From a virus (Duplodnaviria; Heunggongvirae; Uroviricota; Caudoviricetes), in the IMG/VR virus record IMGVR_UViG_2526164688_000024: DNA of 20,819 nt; one strand, written 5' to 3'. The notes below the pieces were generated by a model. The model saw only the letters and a list, made by a program, of their open reading frames with translations, made no database searches and had not been told where the DNA came from. The position numbers and the translations under genes are program-made. Position 1 is the stretch's first letter. The number at the start of each line of letters is the position of its first letter. Positions 17,712 through 20,819 of this stretch are shown in pieces.

Positions 17712-17737
17712 GTGGCCCTCATCGGGCCACTTTTCGC
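17712..17737 (+). terminator. Rho-independent terminator of flxA
   Basis: GTGGCCC-tcatc-GGGCCAC stem (17712..17730) followed by TTTT. Confidence 0.6.
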
Positions 17738-18059
17738 CATCAGCCTTTTCTTTAAAGACATATTATCTTTGTATCATTTCTGATAGTTAACATTACAAGA
17801 TATAAGTAATGGACGCACTCCCAATTAGTCTATTTAAATCGCCACGAGTTTAACTGACAACCCATGATCAATTATGAATTGCAACTATTTCTGTAGTCAC
17901 TTTTGTGGGGACAGTCCACAAAACTGCCAACTTCCGCTTCTTGCTCTTAGCGGACATTAGCATAGGCTATTTGCCATAACGCCTCATTACGCGCACCGCC
18001 CAGACTGACTCAGCGCGTTTCTGGCATATCCCCGGTAAAACAAGTAACAAACCACCCGA

Positions 18060-19560
18060 AAATGAACACCAGAAACGCGACTTAAGAATCTACCCTATGA
18101 ATGGATATGCACTCAACCGAATCGATCTTGGTTTCAATCTTTTTTATCGGGATCAGGCTTCTTTTTAGGTAACTTCGGGGGCTTAACTTGCTGATGACTT
18201 TGCGTTCGGCGCGTAAGCCAGGGATGGTCAGCTTTAGGTTTAACATAGTATTTTGAGCGTAAATCAATACGGGCATTATCCACTCGTTCATGGACACTCT
18301 TTTCATCATCCAGTGGTATAGGCTCCGGGCCATCAACATACTTTTCCCAGCCCAGCGCTTTCCCGTCATACAGAACGTTAATTTCACCGTCAAAGTTCTC
18401 GCATACAGTAACAACCGAATGCCTAAGTCGATATCCCCGGCCCTCACTGCGTACCTGAAACGCACTGCTTTTGTACTGGAAAGTGAGATTTTTAGACAGA
18501 ACGCGCTTCGCCTGTAGGCTGAAGATATAACCCAGTTCCTCTTCAGAATGGTGCACATCAAGATGAGCATTATCAGTAGTACGAGGCGACGTAGCGAACC
18601 GGTTGTTATAGGCTTCAATAAAGGTCGGCAACCATGCATTTGCTGTTTCAATATCACTGATATTCTGAAGCCGCATTTCTTTGACCAGCCTGTCCTGTAG
18701 TGTCTGATTGGCGCGCTCTACCCGCCCTTTTGCCTGCGGGCTGTTGGCATGGATTGGCTCGATGCCCAGTGTCTTTATCGCACGAGTGAACTGGGTCAGC
18801 TCACCTTCCCGCTCTGGGTTATTTACCCTGAATATACTGTGTCTATCAGAGTAGAGAGCGAGCGGTACGCCATGATCATTAAGGTAACCCCGGAGGGTTT
18901 CCATGTAAGCCCGGGTTGTTTCAGCAGGCACAAAACGCAACGCCATCAACGCACTGGTGGCATCATCAATGAAAACGATCAGTGTACATCTGGGGCCTCG
19001 ATTTTCAAACCAGTCATGAGGTGAGCCATCAATCTGGATCAGTTCACCGTAAGATGGTCGTCGCATGCGGCGTTGATATATACGGGCAATTTTACGACGG
19101 CGTTCACGCCATAACCCCTCTTCTATCATCCACTTTCTGAGAGTTTCAACGGATAAAGATAAACCGTGTATCTCACGCAATTTTTCGCACGCAAACGTAG
19201 GTCCAAAATCAGCGTAACGGCCTTTGAGGAGTGAAATTACTGTTGCTCTGAATTCAGTAGAAAAGGAATTATTAGGACGCTTTCCACGTCGGGGGGAAAC
19301 CAGACCAGAAGGCCCTTCATTTCTATACCGTTGCACCAGACGTTTAACCTGCCGAATAGAAATGCCAATGCGTGCCGCAGCTTGTTCCTGAGTAATATGT
19401 CGATTAATTGACTCCTGAATAATCTGAAGTCGGTGGAGTTCCTTATGACTCATCGTAACAGTCTCTTTGATCATGAAAAATCCCCCAGAGAATTGTCTGG
19501 GGACATTTTAGAATGGTTCAAAGGGGACATTACAGCTTGGTGTTAACAATAGCCTGCTTC
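18060..19560 (-). mobile_element. Insertion sequence carrying the IS481-like transposase (boundaries approximate)
   Basis: Single transposase ORF inserted ~400 bp after the flxA terminator where K-12 Qin has intK/dicCA; I could not identify terminal inverted repeats by eye, so ends are estimated only. Confidence 0.35.
18134..19474 (-). CDS. DDE transposase with N-terminal HTH and integrase-core (rve) domain, IS481-family-like
   Basis: 446-aa ORF; N-terminal HTH region (EQAAARIGISIRQVKRLVQRY), catalytic-core motifs IQIDGSPHDWF ... LYSDRHSIF ... SPQAKGRVERANQTLQDRL consistent with a D,D(35)E integrase fold. Family assignment is tentative. Confidence 0.75.
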   Translation of the reverse strand: MIKETVTMSHKELHRLQIIQESINRHITQEQAAARIGISIRQVKRLVQRYRNEGPSGLVSPRRGKRPNNSFSTEFRATVISLLKGRYADFGPTFACEKLREIHGLSLSVETLRKWMIEEGLWRERRRKIARIYQRRMRRPSYGELIQIDGSPHDWFENRGPRCTLIVFIDDATSALMALRFVPAETTRAYMETLRGYLNDHGVPLALYSDRHSIFRVNNPEREGELTQFTRAIKTLGIEPIHANSPQAKGRVERANQTLQDRLVKEMRLQNISDIETANAWLPTFIEAYNNRFATSPRTTDNAHLDVHHSEEELGYIFSLQAKRVLSKNLTFQYKSSAFQVRSEGRGYRLRHSVVTVCENFDGEINVLYDGKALGWEKYVDGPEPIPLDDEKSVHERVDNARIDLRSKYYVKPKADHPWLTRRTQSHQQVKPPKLPKKKPDPDKKD

Positions 19561-20224
19561 TCCTTGCCTTTCGGCACGTAAGAGGCTAACCTACATATGT
19601 CTAGCATGAAATTGGCCTCAGATTAATGTTAAGCGTCTTGCAGGACGCGTAATGTTAACTGGGGCTTTTCTCTATCTGCCGTTGGTGTTCATGCCCGAGG
19701 CAGATAGCCTCAAGCACCCGCAGCCATTCTACTTAACTACCGTTACCTCGCCAATGTGAAATCAGTCAGAAAGGCGATCCATAAGAACAATAGCAAGACA
19801 ATAAATCGCCATTACAGCCGTAATAGCCAGCGCACATTTGAGAACCAGCACCACAACCTCCTGTATTGGACGTAGACCAGTCCTGATGAATATGAGGCTG
19901 TCTCGTCAGTGATTCAATACAACTATTGGGTATAGTTTCTCTGATTTTTTCTGTGGAAATGGGGCACAACCACTAGTCACCACCAGCACTTCTTTTAATA
20001 CGCAAAGTCCGACACAAGCTAACCTTCTAGTCCGCTTTGAGCGAAAAACAGCCATAATTTAGTGCCACGTATATAATGATAGAGCTATTCAAGCTAGCAA
20101 TTCACATGTAAAAATTCAGAGGGTAGAAGCACATAGTTATAAATGTTGGCTCCATCGACAAATTGCGGTCTCAAGTACATTTATTAATGTTGCCCCCGCA
20201 TTAACAAATCATCAAGGTGACGAC

Positions 20225-20578
20225 ATGGACGATATTAATATCAGCCTCGACGAACTTAACACTATTGATTTATCCCCCTTAATCCAGAGTAAGCTGCCAG
20301 TTACCTGCTTTGATATCACAAAGTATCTTTCTAGCCTAGGTGATGGAAGAGCGGAGATAAGACTGCTAACCCATATTTGCGGTTTTCACTTTCGTCCCGA
20401 AAATCCACAGGTACCATTTGGTCCGTGCTTTCAAAGCAGCCAAGGTAGATCTGCAATTCCGGATGACATTAACGGGTTGTCGCTGGAGGTACTTTCTCAA
20501 TTTTGCCCGACGATAGAGCTACCCGAACTTCAAGCTCGTATTGCTGATACACTTTGGGTTCGTAGACTGGCCCCCTGA
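20225..20578 (+). pseudogene. N-terminal fragment (112 native codons) of an unrecognised gene, truncated by IS2 insertion
   Basis: ATG 20225 after AAGGTGA; MDDINISLDELNTIDLSPLIQSKLPVTCFDITKYLSSLGDGRAEIRLLTHICGFHFRPENPQVPF...; reading frame runs into the IS2 left end at 20563 and stops inside it (last residues RRLAP are IS-encoded). Confidence 0.45.
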
Positions 20579-20819
20579 ATCTCCAGACAACCAGTATCAC
20601 TTATTTAAGTGATAGTCTTAATACTAGTTTTTAGACTAGTCATTGGAGAGCAGATGATTGATGTCTTAGGACCGGAGAAACGCAGACGGCGTACCACACA
20701 GGAAAAGATCGCAATTGTTCAGCAGAGCTTTGAACCAGGGATGACGGTCTCCCTCGTTGCCCGGCAACATGGTGTAGCAGCCAGCCAGTTATTTCTCTGG
20801 CGTAAGCAATACCAGGAAG
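20563..20819 (+). mobile_element. IS2 (IS3 family), left end and start of insC; element continues beyond window
   Basis: TAGACTGGCCCCCTGAATCTCCAGACAACC... at 20563 matches recalled IS2 left terminal repeat; followed by insC start. Confidence 0.8.
20654..20819 (+). CDS. insC: IS2 transposase OrfA (InsC), N-terminal part
   Basis: ATG 20654 after GGAGAG; translation [55 protein letters not shown] matches recalled IS2 InsC; not in ORF track because it is cut by the window end. Confidence 0.85.

Noticed and set aside
18082-18657. 191-aa minus-strand ORF overlapping the transposase gene
   Set aside because: Alternative-frame shadow of the transposase coding region with no independent start signals.
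19766-19969. 67-aa minus-strand ORF with a Cys/Gly-rich C-terminus (…GGCGAGSQMCAGYYGCNGDLLSCYCSYGSPF) that superficially resembles a microcin/heat-stable-toxin-like peptide
   Set aside because: The ORF begins with TTG (no ATG), has no credible SD, no signal peptide or double-glycine leader consensus, and no transporter or maturation genes nearby; the internal ATG has its SD 19 nt away. Most likely a chance ORF in IS-flanked debris.

Overview
This 20.8-kb window is a segment of a decaying lambdoid (E. coli K-12 Qin-like) prophage in an E. coli/Shigella-type genome, almost all genes on the minus strand, ending in two IS insertions. All calls rest on reading the sequence and on recalled protein motifs; no database search was run. 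From right to left in phage order it contains: the Q antiterminator with a candidate late promoter and terminator; a cold-shock moron (cspF remnant, cspB); a pinholin / SAR-endolysin / Rz-Rz1 lysis cassette; a second moron block (cspI, ynfN, gnsB, ydfO and two unknown small ORFs); a lambda-like cos site; then terS, terL, gpW-like, portal, a protease-scaffold-capsid fusion, a DUF2190-like protein, gpFII-like and a partial gpZ-like gene. Left of Q (higher coordinates) lie ydfU, an unnamed 92-aa ORF, rem, the relB-relE-hokD toxin-antitoxin operon and flxA with a sigma-28 promoter. The packaging genes (terS, terL) and cspF carry reading-frame breaks, so the element looks cryptic, unless these are assembly errors. 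After flxA an IS481-like element and an IS2 copy flank a ~1-kb remnant whose only ORF is an unrecognised gene cut by IS2. I found no CRISPR array, tRNA or rRNA. The least explained parts, and the best candidates for anything new, are the IS-flanked remnant (19.56-20.58 kb), the two small ORFs beside cos (7.57-7.96 kb) and the ydfU / 92-aa ORF pair.
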